DNA from: Hydrolagus affinis
Taxonomy: Eukaryota
DNA: 64,000 nucleotides
NCBI GenBank assembly: GCA_012026655.1
Contig: JAAILG010001360.1
Location: 1-64,000 of the forward strand
Reading direction: 5' to 3'
The notes under the pieces are model-generated. The model saw nothing but the letters and a program-made list of their open reading frames with translations. It searched no databases and was not told the origin of the DNA. The position numbers and the translations under genes were made by a program. Shown here piece after piece: positions 1-12,792 of this stretch; the first letter of the stretch is position 1; each line of letters begins with the position of its first letter.

Positions 1-304
1 CCAAATTCAGCAGGTTCAGAGACCCAATTTTTAAATATTTCAATTTTTCATAGCTACTTGCCATGGAAGTAAATAAACAACAAATGGCAAAATTTTAGCA
101 GAACTGATATGATTCTTGACCACTTTACCAACATTTTTATGCAATTTTCATCTATATTACAAGTGCACGGTAGCCCACCTAAACCAGCTTCAAATTACCT
201 AAGATTTTACTGGTGGTGTTTTCTACACAAATGGAAACTTTTTAGACTAGGGACAGAAAAAAATCTGACGGAAGGGGCGTTTGATGCACCCTACTATCCA
301 TTCA

Positions 305-692
305 TCCATCTAATCAGAGAAAGAGAGTAGGACTGGCAGCTCAAGACTGGAAGAGGAAGGCAAAGCGACTTGCATTTGCACTCCTCCATTGCCAAAAAAT
401 GAACAGCAAAGAAAGCAGCCTGTGAATCTGTGCATTTTAGCACCAGTGGCCAGGCTTTCAGCCTCTCTGTCCCCATACTCTGGAACTCCGTCCCTTCGCT
501 TCCTCCCTTGCCTCATTCAAGGCCAGTCTCAAGACCCTCCTTTTCGATTGTGTCTTCTATCGCCCTCCCACCTCTCTCCCTGCCCTCTCCCCCCACACCC
601 TGCCCCTCCACCGACCCCTGACTGTTGAGCACCTTGGGATGTCCTCCCAATGTGAAAGGCCTTATATTAATTATAAATGCAATTTTGTTGTT
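305..692 (+). mobile_element. L2-clade LINE 3' fragment
   Basis: Degenerate RAFS..P.LWNS coding end, C-rich 3' UTR, tail caccttgggatgtcctcccaatgtgaaaggc...aatgcaattttgttgtt. Confidence 0.75.
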
Positions 693-1814
693 ATCTGAGC
701 TTGTCATCTCACGCCGATTGTTTTGCTGCTGTACATCAGTTGCTTCTCCTCTCTAACAATGTTATTTCCTTCGAAAACAAGCAGAAATAGTGTTGAATTG
801 ATTTAAAAGCATTTACAGTAATTCTATTACTGTTTGATTTTTTTGGCATAAAGACTGATTTTTTGAAGTTCCAGCATTTGATGTTGAAAATATTTACTTT
901 TCTGTTTTCAAAATATCATGTTGAATTCTTAAAAAGAACAACTGGCTATATATGCACTACATAGACAATGTCATGACTAGAGTAGTGAGTAATCAGATAA
1001 CGCATGAATGTGTACATTGTGGTACATCTGGCAAGAGTTATTTTTACTTCATGTGTACTGTTTCAGCCACTTCGCCTCTTTCAAAATCCCTTCTTAAAAA
1101 CCTACCCATTTCACTGCGCTTTTGGTCGACTCTCTCCTAACCCACTTTATCACATTACTGGGGTTTCCAGTCCTTCTCTGTGAAGTGTTTTGAGTTGCTT
1201 TCCTGTGCAAAGGTGCTATATTATGTACATTCTTATCATGTTATAGTTACAAGTTGTTTCAACTATTTTAAGAGTTGGTAGATCAATAACTGTTGAGAAA
1301 GGCAATTGTCAGTTATGATAATAGTTGTGGGGACTTAAAAGCCACCTTTTAAGTTAGCAGATCGAGAGTTATCATGTCTCATCTAAGCTTTGATGGAAAA
1401 CTGAACAGGTTGATGAGCTGAATAGCCTTTTTTTATTTCAGTTTTCTTTAGGTCCTTATGTATACTGATTAGTGTCAGGTTCCTTGCAGAACCAAATGAC
1501 TTTTAACATAAGAACACACAATGTATATTGAAATTATGCCACTCCTTATTATTGAGCATAAATCTTGCTTTCAGTATTTTCCATGCATGTAAAGATTGTG
1601 CCTTGAATGTGGCTTTGGGGTGATGATTCCTCATTCCTTCCAACCACCCTTCCATGCATGCACGCAGGTACACACACACCAGTTTTATCTTTTGTATGAA
1701 GGTGGTAACTCAACAAAAACATTTGTATAGCACCTTTCAGATGGCATGTCAGAATGCTTAAAAGTACCGGAGCTTGTCATCAAGCCAGGAGAAAGAGTGG
1801 GGGAATCAAAGAGG

Positions 1815-2160
1815 AACAACAACAATAAAATTACATTTATAGAGCGCCTTTCATGTCCCAAGGTGCTGAACGGTCAGAGGGCAGGACCCAAGCATTGGGT
1901 AAGGGCGGGGTAGTAGGGAGGGGAGGTTAGGGAGAGAAGGAGGGAGGATGGCAGAAGGCACGATCGAAAAAGAGCGTCTTGAGATCGGCCTTGAAGGAGG
2001 CAAGGCGAAGGGCCTGTGGGATGGAAGGCAGAGAAGCTGAAAGCCCGGCCACCGATGGTAGTGCGTGTCGGGCGGGAGACATGAAGCAGGGGGCGGACAG
2101 GTTGGTAGGGAGTCAGCAGGTCGGAGAGGAAGGTCTTCAGGTATGAGCTGAAGATGATAG
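1815..2160 (-). mobile_element. L2-clade LINE 3' fragment
   Basis: Minus-strand YLKTFLSDLLTPYQPVRPL...TTIGGRAFSFSA and a (caa)n tail at the left end. Confidence 0.8.
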
Positions 2161-2238
2161 GAACATTTAAATTTAGAGAAATTTTTAAGTTTTTCAACCA
2201 CATTTGTCAGCTGCATTTTGTATGTGCAGATATATATA

Positions 2239-2969
2239 CAGGTAGACCCCGCTTAACGAAGGGGTTAGGGACCTTAAAACCCTCTGTAAAGCGAAAATTT
2301 CATTAAGTGAGTGATAGCCCGCTACTGTATTTCTGTATGGGAAAAAATCAGTTTAGTTAACATTTTCAGTGTACAGGTTGACCGTCCAAAACCCGGAGTT
2401 CCGGAATCTGGACCCGGGACAATTGGTGGCAGGGTTGTCCGGAATCCGTAAAATGTTTCGGAATCTGGACACCCTGTCATACCGTTTCCGCTGCCAGCCG
2501 GGCCCAGGCGTTGCAAAAACAACAGAGGGAGGCTTACCATGCATTGCGAAGAAGCGAGGACTACAAGACCTGCGAGGACTACAAGGTGACGTCCAAAAAC
2601 CGGAAATATCGCTACATGGGCCCAAGCATTTCCAGACTCGGGACGCGTTTTTGGCGTTCCGAAGTCTGGAAATACCCAAACCTGGGCTCGGGCATTTCCG
2701 GACTTCGGACATCAGAAACACGTTCCGAAGTCCTGAAAAACATGAAAACCGGCTCGGCCTCAGTCCCGAGGTTGTCGGATTCAGGATGCTCAACCTGTAC
2801 TAGTGAAGGCCTGAGCGTGTATTGCGGGGGCAGCCGGGAGAGAAGAGAAGCACGTGAGATTTAAACATTCATTATAGCAAACGCAGCCTTTGCTAAGTGG
2901 ACAGGTGATATAAACCTTCGTTGTAGTGAACCTTTGTTGACCGAGCGTTCGTTAAGCGGGGTATACATA
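2239..2969. mobile_element. Tigger/pogo-like MITE (outer element)
   Basis: TIRs CAGGTAGACCCCGCTTAACGAA and TTCGTTAAGCGGGGTATACATA, flanked by TA runs. Confidence 0.8.
2374..2797. mobile_element. Tigger4/Zombi-like MITE nested in the outer MITE
   Basis: TA|CAGGTTGACCGTCC ... GGATGCTCAACCTG|TA, internal TCCGGA/TCCGAA repeats, CpG-rich. Confidence 0.8.
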
Positions 2970-3654
2970 TATATACATACAGTGTGTATATTTTTTCAGC
3001 TTGTTGCTTTTGTGTAGTAGTTTGGAGCCAAGGGTGGACGAATTGGCTGTGCCATTCTGATAAAATCCTAAAGATACTTAAATAGCTTCTTTGTAATGAT
3101 GGACTCAATTAATTATGAATCATTAGTCTTTCACAGCAATACACAGAAGTAGTTTAGGATTTCAACTTGTATAAAGAATGTAGCAGACATTGTGAATACT
3201 GTAGTTATTTAATTTTTTTGTGATGGTATCTTCTGTTAAAGTTGGAACATGTGTTTAGAGCAGCAACACATATTCTGTCTTTGTATAAACTTTACAAAGT
3301 CGTTCAAAACTCATAAGCAGGTTGAGTTCACTGCTAAAAATAATATGGGATGCAAACTCTTTAATTTGCATTAAGGCTTCACACAGTGAAACATTGTAAA
3401 TCTAACTGATGCCAAACTTGTGCTTGTTTGTGGCTTTTTTCTGGGAGACAACTTCTGAACTGCAGTATCACACCAGTTGTCTCCGTGTGAGTGGGTCAAG
3501 TTTTATAAATTGAATGCAGTTGCCAACCTCTATAGTTTTAATGCCAGAAAAAAGACAACAGGACAGATCCCATTGTACTAACATTCAACAAAATTCATGG
3601 CCATTCAGGTATCTGCGGGTGTTTTGAAAAGCATCCGTGCAGAACTTTCAGCTA

Positions 3655-3842
3655 ATAATCCCTTTTTTTTAAAAAAAGATCACTCAAACCACGACTGTTT
3701 GTGGGACTGCTGTGTGCAATTGACTGCTGCTTTTCGCTCTCAAAATGTATACAGTCAATTCACTTTACAATACATTCTGTGAAGAGTTTTGAGACAACTC
3801 AAAGATGTGATGAGGCGTCAAAGGCACAAATTATTGTTATTC
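3655..3842 (+). mobile_element. 3' half of tRNA-derived SINE (L2-type tail)
   Basis: Shares ccacgactgtttgtgggac..gctgtgtgcaattg...cagtcaattcactttaca with the full copies. Confidence 0.75.
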
Positions 3843-4134
3843 TGTTTCAGCAACAACAACAATAAAATTACATTTGTATAGCGCCTTTAACAAAGATCTC
3901 AAACAAGTGCCAAACATGGTGGAAAACTATCTAAATCAAAATTTTAGCATCAACATTGAAAAATTGTTCAAAACTGTTGTGCACTTGAAAATCATTAGCA
4001 TCAACTGATGATGGATGGTACCAATTCCTTAATGTTCCTTTATTTGGCAATGGCATTTTGCCAAATGTTGTTTGGCTCTGACCCATCAGTTCCTACTATA
4101 GATACTGAGCCTGTCTATCAGTGCAGTGATTGCC

Positions 4135-4316
4135 TCACTACCTTCGCTTCTCCCCCTCTCTTCCCAGTTTCAGATCTCAGCTAAAGACCTTTCTCTTCGA
4201 CCGCGCCTTCGGTCACCTTTCTCCCTCTGGCTCGCCCCCGGGATCCGTTATTGTGAAGTGCTCTGAGACGCCGTCCGACATGGAGGGCGCTATATAAATC
4301 AAAGTTGTTGTTGTTG
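4135..4316 (+). mobile_element. L2 3' end, second tail family
   Basis: LKTFLFDRAF coding end and tail gctctgagacgccgtccgacatggagggcgctatataaatcaaagttgttgttg. Confidence 0.75.
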
Positions 4317-6705
4317 ACATTAGCATTTGCTTATGTCTAATTTTTTTTTAAAAAGTACTGTATATTTCACAGCCCTTTAAAATATAACTCTATGAAAGGC
4401 TAAATGCAATATTTAGCAAAGGTATTTATCTGTGGAACCTGATACAAGCTTGATTGATAACTGATGAAATATGTAATCACCTGAAGTGAATGCATTTGAA
4501 TCCTCTTTGCCCTGGACTTGAATAAAATATTTTTTGAGCTGGGACGTCAGGCAGGGCTCAGTCACTTTTGTTCCAATGATCAATATGATAATTTTGTTTC
4601 AAACAGTCAATTCACCATTTACTATTATGCGTAGATAATATGTGCAGCCTGATTAAAATTACATGCAGGAACATTGTTTATTCAATGCTGAGTGAGCTGA
4701 GGAGAAAAAAAATCCAGAGTATAGGTAGTATGTAATTTAAAAGATACAGTTTAGCAATGTTAATTCTTCGGCCCCAGGACAATTCCCCCAGAAGTTCTTG
4801 TACTCTGGTACTATTCAATGGGTTACATAATGTTGCTTTGTCTAGGATATATTCAAGCAGTATTTAATTTTCTTAATGATCTCTAATGCTGCCATCTCTG
4901 ATCATTTTCCACCAATTCATTCTTAACAGTTCTGACTGTAGCTCTCCAAAATATTCAATGTTTTATTTTTAAGGAAACTAATTGGTCACTCACTGCCTTT
5001 GACAGTATAATAATGCATTATATCACTATTTTTTATATTTTTGTTCTTCGGCATTTGTTGCTGCATTTTTCATGCATTGAATTTGCATCTCCAATTGTTT
5101 CTGCTGATCAACACAGTTTATTGCCTTTTATATTCAGTTTTTCTTCAAACGCTATTTGAGCCTTGTTAGTTTTCTGGCATTAAATTGTTTGAATACCAAG
5201 TCATTCTGAAAAAACAGTGCGTGCTTAAATCTATTGGGGAAAAATCTATTAATTTGGGGAATAGAAAGATTAGATAGTTTGTTTCACCAATTTTTCTCCT
5301 TCAAGTTCATCCCATCAGAAGGTTATCTGAATCCATGCTTTGGGCTGTGGTTCCTATTTTCCCTCAGCATCTTTCCCAAACACCATTATTCATCTTTAGG
5401 ACTACTGTATTTCACTCCTTTTTACTGAGTTTAAGGTTTGACAGAGGTAAGAAAGAAATGATCTTGTGTTGTTATCGAGTGTTCCTTGAATGTCAAAATA
5501 TTTTTGAAATGCTTTAGAGGAATTCCTGCCAAGTGTAGTGACTTTTTTGTTGGGCACACAAAAAATGCACACAGCTGGACCTCACAAGCAGCCATGAGGT
5601 GAATGACTTAATTAATCTGGAATATTGTGATGCAGTTTCATGATTGTTGCGCTCCCCTTAGGTACCTTGCCCAACTGACCTTTGTTAAAATTTGTATCTT
5701 AACTTTAACTGAGTGTCAGCAGGCTTAACTGAATAACTGACTTCACTGACTGCAGGGGATTGGATACATCCAGACATTTGCATGTGCACTTCCAACAGAA
5801 GGGGAAGCTGGCATTAGGCTAATTTGAACTGGTAGCTTTCAAGGCAGGATTTAATGACATAGAGATTGGGTGAGACATAAGGGTAGAGGGAGAGAATTCT
5901 ACAGGTTTGGGCATAAAATCCGAAGTATAGTTTAATGGTACTATATATGGAATAATTCAAGGCTGCTCAGAAAATCAAAGAGAAACAAAGTACAGGAGCT
6001 AAATGTTAAGACTTGTTGTGCTGTGAAGAGCATGCTCACTGTTGTGTGATTTCTGACATGAAAAACGTTATAACAAATGCAAGAATTATTATTATTTGTG
6101 CTGCACTGTAGAATATTCTCTGTTTAGCACACCTTGTTGTAACAGGTAAACCTTCAGTCTCTGAGGACAATTTTGCAAATAGTATGCATAATGGTCAGGA
6201 CACACACACACACACACAAAGCCATTCAGAACTAGAACTAAAAGTAAGAGCAATGCCTGCAGCAGTGCTGACTAGTTTAGGAGTAATCCGGGACTTGGCA
6301 CTAATTTGCTTTCATGAAGGATTACCTAAGAATTTCCTTGTATCAGGTTTGCTCCACTGCGGATTTGACTGTGGACCCAAAAGACCTCCATTGTGTTTAA
6401 AAACTCCTTGTGAATGAAAGCTGGACTGAGTTCATAATCATTTCTGGCACAAAAACCTTAAAAGTTGTTCATGTCAGAACATTCGCTTTGTGAGGTTCAT
6501 TAAGTGACTTTTTCATAATACAGTACAAAAGTAATATGCTGATTCCTTATGCTGTCAGATTTTGAATGCAAATAGGAAATTTCTACCACTAGCAGTATGT
6601 TAGCATCTGAACGTGTTGTGTGAATGAAGGCAAGTGTGGACACACAAAGATTCTTAATCAGGCATCACCCAGGAAAATGGATGGTTGGGGCCCCAGATGG
6701 AATGT

Positions 6706-7003
6706 GGAGTCCTGCAGCTCAGTGGTTAGAGCATTCACTTTACCAGCGAGAGACCCGGGTTCAATTCCAGGCAGGGCGAAACCTTGGGCAAGTTTCCTTA
6801 CTCCACGTTCCTAATAGTATTCCCTCAAAAAAAAATTGGTCATGTCAATCCACGACTGTTTGTGGGACACTGCTGTGGGGATTTGGCTGTTGCGCTTCGC
6901 CCACATATGTGCAGTTGATTCACTTTACAGTGCGTTCTGTGAAGCATTTTGAGACGTCTAGGATGTGAAAAACCCCAAATCAAATGCAAGGATTATTATT
7001 ATT
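6706..7003 (+). mobile_element. Full-length tRNA-derived SINE with L2-type tail
   Basis: Head GGAGTCCTGCAGCTCAGTGGTTAGAGC (A box) and GGTTCAATTCC (B box), shared body, tail caaatgcaaggattattattatt. Confidence 0.9.
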
Positions 7004-7243
7004 AAGCTATATTGAAAATAAAGAAAAGAACAATTAAAATGTGTTCTGTAATGGATTTGGCGGTCGGGGCTTCAGCTGCTCTGCCCCACCTTTGGAACTC
7101 CCAAGTACTGTTACTTGAATTGTATCATATTATCCTTCAGTCAAGGAAATGTGTGAAGCTTTTATAATGGTTTCAGTAAAAAAAAATTAACTCTCAGATA
7201 ATATAATTTCCAATTACAATTCCTCTGTTTCCTCACCATCTAA

Positions 7244-7435
<192 letters not shown>

Positions 7436-7530
7436 TAGGTTTCCTTTTAAGTGTAAACAAATAACTGATTCTGTTCAGAAATATTATAATATTGTTCATA
7501 TTCTGCATTCTTCTTCATTCAATACAAATA

Positions 7531-7753
7531 GAATAAAAGCCTGTTTATCCGGCACTCTCGGGACCTGGCCAATGCCAGTTAAAGTGCGTGCCGGATATTG
7601 TATTCGGCCAAAAACACACAGAATTTTTTTTAAAAATAATACATTGTGCATTAATACATAAATTCTGGTTAATCGAATGCGGACTTTTTTTTTGCGGTGC
7701 CGGTTATATGGAAGTTGCGGTTGATCAGGTCACGGATAAACAGGCTTTTACTG
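7531..7753. mobile_element. Tigger-like MITE family A, short form
   Basis: TIRs (g)AATAAAAGCCTGTTTATCCG ... CGGATAAACAGGCTTTTACTG with TA flanks. Confidence 0.85.
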
Positions 7754-8824
7754 TACATATTTCTTGTCATCTTAAAGGAAAACAATAGGGGAAAACTGCC
7801 CCTTAATATCTTTTTCATGCATTTGTCAAGTACTCTTCCCTTCTGCTTGAAATAGAACCTGGCAATGGTTTCATTTTGCAGTGGATTTAGACCTATCACA
7901 TGCCTTCTCAGATTTTTATTTTCTTTCCACTTCATTCCTCTCATCCAGGATATAGAGATTTTCACACAAACAGTATAGGAACACTTAGGGCAATTTGCAG
8001 ACTGGATACAGAACATAGATGGTTTGTAAGTTATTTTCCTGTGCTTTGAAGTACAAAGTCAGTTTGGCAAATACTCAATATAGGAAATCCTTACGTGTCT
8101 TCAGAAAAGAGAATTGGACAGGGTACTCTCAAATAAAAACAACAATTGAGTGAGCACTTGAATCTACAAGTTGAATCTACGAGTTCTTTATTTAAAGCAC
8201 ATTTTATTATTAAAAGTTACTCACATCAGTTAATGTGAAGGTCTTTATCCCAACAGTTAACATTGTCCAAATAGCCAAACTACTGCTGCTCAAGGATACT
8301 TTTGATATGAATCAAGCAGATGGTCAGTATTGTTTCACGTGCAGACATGGCTAACTAACCCTTTAGAGCAAACTGCTCTCAAAGAAATGTCTCGAGAACT
8401 GAGCATTCAATGCCGATGGACAGAATTAAAGAATAGTTGCATGGTCCTTTGGAGGATATTACCGCCATTAGACAACTAAAAATTGCATTGGTACAGGAAC
8501 AATGCTGTTCTTTCAAAGAATGAGGAAGATTTTGAGGTGGGTGATCGATTTCAGGGTGCTGTAATTACAAATAATTCAGTTTTTATATTTCTTATGAGTG
8601 AAAATTTCCCTCTTATGTTTACTTTTATGTTAAAATGCACAATAGCTTTCTGTCTTGTTGGTTTCCAGCTTTTTTTCTGGGTTGGCTAGAGTGATACAAT
8701 GCAATAGCTATATCTTGCAGGGTTTTTTTTCATTCCTTCAGATACGTGATCAGGTAGCAGGCAGGTCACCTGTTGTTTATCTGCCCAACAACCAGTCCGT
8801 CTGTCTGTCCGTCCGTCCACCCAC

Positions 8825-9305
8825 CCACCTATATAGCATCTTTCACGTCGAGAGGACGTCCCAAGGCACTGTACAGTTAGGTAGGGACAAGAGCAGGGGG
8901 GTAGGGGTCAGGGCAGCATGAAGAAGAGTAGGAAAATTAACTATATTTGTGGGTGAAACGTGGCAGCCAAATTACGCACAGCAGTGTCCCACAAACAGTC
9001 GCGGAAATGGGGCCAGGGGAGAAAGGGGGAAAAGAGGGTAAGGGGGTAGAGGGAGGGAAAGGTGGGGTAACAATAACAACTAATTACAATTGTATAATGC
9101 TTTTCATGTCAGGAGGATGTCACAAAGTGCTGGACCATCAGGGATCCGCATCCGATCTGATGGTTGGGATCAGGAGAGGTGGAGGGAGGGGAGTGTAGGG
9201 ATGGGAGAGTGACTGAAGACGCAGTCGAGGAGGGTGGTCTTGAAGAAAGCAAGGGAGGAGGTGAGGCAGGGATTGTGGGATGGATTTCCAGAGGCTGAAG
9301 GCCCT
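8825..9305 (-). mobile_element. Cluster of L2 and SINE fragments
   Basis: L2 tails at about 8830 and 9070-9135, SINE body at 8940-9005, LWKSIPQSL-like L2 end at about 9230-9300. Confidence 0.6.
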
Positions 9306-9757
9306 TTTAGTTGCAAATTCAAGCCCATGTTGAAGCATTCCCTGATGACTTTTCTGTACGATATTACGAGTGAATATTATCTGATATGCCTCAGCATATC
9401 TTTTAAATGCTCTGCATCATTTTCAACTGTTATCTTCCTTTTCTACAATTTCTGAATTAATGTTGGAAACACCTCTATGTTGTGTGGTCAATGACCAAAA
9501 TTACAACTAGGTAAAATAATTTGTATTTTTAAAATTCTAACTGCTGCTGAGAATGGAAAAAATAAAACATGATCTTAGAAACTGGGGCTGGGGTTGTGTG
9601 TTTTTTTTCTTCTCAGTACTTAAGCGGGTTGCTGTTGCTTACCTTTTCAACTTGGGACGTATTCTATGAATTTGTATAAAAAGAATCAGTTTACTCATTT
9701 AACTGAATTTGCAATCCATTAGAAATTAGATTTTTTGCCGAATGGAGTTTAAAAATG

Positions 9758-9895
9758 TATAAGAACATAAGAATTAGGAGCAGGAGTAGGCCATTCGCTC
9801 CCTCGAGCCTGCCCCACCATTTGATAAGATCATGGCTGATCTTCTGACCTAACTCTAATTACCTGCCCTATCCCCATATTCCCTAATTCCTCTAT
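9758..9895 (-). mobile_element. CR1 LINE 3' end
   Basis: ataagaacataagaattaggagcaggagtaggccattc...gatcatggctgatc is the reverse complement of a CR1 3' UTR with an 8-mer tail. Confidence 0.75.
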
Positions 9896-11429
9896 TTTTT
9901 CAAATGAAAAAATGATGTAGGAAATTCATGAAATACATAAAGGCGATTGGTCAGGGATTAAAATTTGTTTCACATAGTGGCTGTCACTGGTTTCTGTGTA
10001 TAGAGTTGGAAGGTTTTATGCAGGAACTGAAGATACAATGTACAATATATTAGTTTTGATATTCCTACATACATTATTCAGTAACAATCTTGGTCAAAAT
10101 TAATAGTTTCTAAACTGTGTGAATGTCTCTTATTTGATCAATCCAACAGCTAATATTTGAAGTAAAATCAAAAATGCTGGAAATCCACTAATCCTTTGCT
10201 GATCGGAGGAGGTCAAGTTAAGAAAGGACATATTGTAAAGATGTATTTTTAAATTTTCCATCTCTTGGTGCATCTCATTACTTTTAAAGTTTGTTGAAGT
10301 CTTGACTTATTGTCCTGTTTCCATTTAAGGGTTCTTTTCCCAGCGCATTGTTTTAGTTCTGATGAAAGGCCTTGTTTTGAAAAATAATATATTTTTAAAT
10401 GTATTCCAAATACACTACCTAGGCAAACGGATTCTCACTTCCCAGGTTTGAATGAATGAGGCAAAGTGAGTGAAATGTTAAAGTACAAAGTGGCTCAGAC
10501 TCAGTCAATGGTCCAGATGACCAATTTTCGCCATTAAGTTTTGCCATTGAAGGATAATTGTCGTTTTGCACCTCGATGCATATCACAAAATATTTAATTT
10601 GTTGTATGAACATGTTCTTCCTGTGGATTGAAGATCTCATTGCAGTGGAGAGGAACAGATCATTTCTTGCATTGAGTCTGCCTTGACTATCTGGTCTACT
10701 GTTGCACAATTCAGTGAAATATTCTTCAACTGTGAGGTTTTGCTTGAGATTCTGTTGAAAAATACAAGGAAGAACAAAACTTCAAGACTGTGGCAAGGCT
10801 GGTTACTCAAGTAAACTTTGTCCCTATCTTAGCAATTTTGGAGGCACTCTCTTGTATTATTTTACTTTACAATTGATCAGAATAGTGTAATTTTGTGTGA
10901 ACTAATGGAAAATCTAAACTGATTTAAGTGTTTGCTTTGGGTTAGAGAAACTGTCTTGTGGACGCAGATGCTGTTGAAGACCCCAGTTATCGAGGAGAGA
11001 ATCAGTAGATCTGAAACAGATGCGTTCTATTTCAGTTATGTCCAAGAAGTTGGATTTTATTCAGTTTGGGCTCTAAGAACAACACTCCTTAACAAGCAAG
11101 TGATGTAGCTGCTGCAAATTATGCCTTATGATCTGACCTGTTTTTCTAAAAAAAAATTCTAAATAACAATGTTGTGCTCGTTGTTGGATAATTTGAAGAG
11201 GAAAGCAACTTAATAGAAAGCTTTGGATAAACTCACGTAAGGTCAATTTTTAATATCCTACCCCAAACCCCTCATTTCTCAGTTTGAATTTAACCATCCA
11301 ATCATTGGAGGAAACTTTTGTCTTTGTGCCAAGCCACTTTTTTTTATTAAAAAAAGACCTAACGTATCAATACTAGGACACTGATTACTTGACAGCACAT
11401 TTGGATATGTATATCAGACATATATTTGT

Positions 11430-11728
11430 GGAGTACTGTAGCCCAGTGGTTAGAGCACTCGCCTTGCAAACAAGAGACCTGGGTTTGATTCCCAGTAGAG
11501 TGAAACCTTGGGCAAGTTTCCTTACTCCACATGCCTGATAATAATCCCTCAAGAAAAAAACATTGGTCATTTCAATCCACAACTGTTTGTGGGACATTCC
11601 ACTGAGCAATTGTCTGCCTATTTCGTCCACAAATATACAGTCATTTTACTTTATAGTAGATTCCGTGAAGTGTTATAAGACATCTACAAGACATGAAAAG
11701 TTCTACATCAAATGCAAGCATTACAATA
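11430..11728 (+). mobile_element. tRNA-derived SINE, full length
   Basis: Same head, body and tail as 6706-7003. Confidence 0.88.
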
Positions 11729-12549
11729 CTAGTTTCCAAGCTACCCTTGTATTTAACACATTGAGTAACTTGAGAAAGGTTTGTATATGGACTGCATGCA
11801 TACAATGTTTGACTTTAAAAACAAAAAGACATTCACTGGAAAGACAATAAGCTACTCCTGCCAGAGTTATTCATTTGAAAAATTATTTTAAGTTCTGCAT
11901 TGATTGCCTAATGTTAGGGCTTTTGAATACTTGAGCAGTACAAAAACAAGCAAGAATTACAACACAGAGATATCTTGTATTTGTGGAAAACTCTGCTTTG
12001 CATGTAATGTGCAGTTAACCGTTTGAAACTGAGAAAATAGCACTGGATAGTATAACAACTTGCATCGTGCAGCGCAGTGTATCAGCTATAGAGTAAAGCT
12101 TGTACCAGAGTTCAGGGATGCTTGTATTGCATAAATAAAGCTTCTCTGATATTGTGCACAATTTCAAGGATTCCCTCCTCTTGCATTTTATTATCATCCC
12201 TCTTCATTTCTACCCTGACATGATGGTGGATATTTATTTTTATAGTCTTAACATGCCTCAGCTCTGACATTCCCTTAAGCTTGATGCGACATTAAAATTG
12301 CATTTCTTGTGATCGGCATGTCCAGTCAATTTATCAATAAACTTGGCTGTTGCACCATCGTAACTGCAGCCCATCAGTATGAAATGCATGGCGAGATTAG
12401 TGAAACTGAATCCGCTCTCCCAAATAATCTAGTAAATAAAGGCACTGCCCGGTTCAGCACAAAAACAATTCACGTTTGTAGTCTGACCAGAAAGTTGCGG
12501 GTTTGAATCCAGGTCTGTCTAGACTGTTGATCTTAGCTGTTGGAATTGC

Positions 12550-12792
12550 ATTTTGAAAGATATTTTTGAATCTACTTCCACCACCCTTTCAGGCAGTGTA
12601 TTCCAGATCATAACAACTCACTGCAGAAAAACATTTCTCCTCATCTCCAATCTGGTTCTTTTTCTAATTATCTCAAATCTGAGTCCTCTGATTACCAATT
12701 TACCTACAAGTAGAAACACCAAAAGCCCTCATAATTAAACACCTCTATTGAATCTCCTCTTTATCTTCTTTGCTTTAAGGAGAACTATCCTA
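12550..12792 (-). mobile_element. CR1 LINE fragment
   Basis: Reverse complement of the CR1 ORF2 end seen at 52050-52150 and 63650-63745. Confidence 0.75.

Noticed and set aside
2322-2864. Four overlapping 72-146 aa ORFs on both strands with high CpG
   Set aside because: They fall within nested MITEs, have no recognisable domain, and GC-rich repetitive sequence lacks stops by composition. Not SAMTOR exon 1.
6706-6780. tRNA-like sequences with A and B boxes (also 11430, 20075, 27450, 51870)
   Set aside because: Each continues into the shared SINE body and tail with no proper acceptor stem or terminator. They are SINE heads, not tRNA genes.
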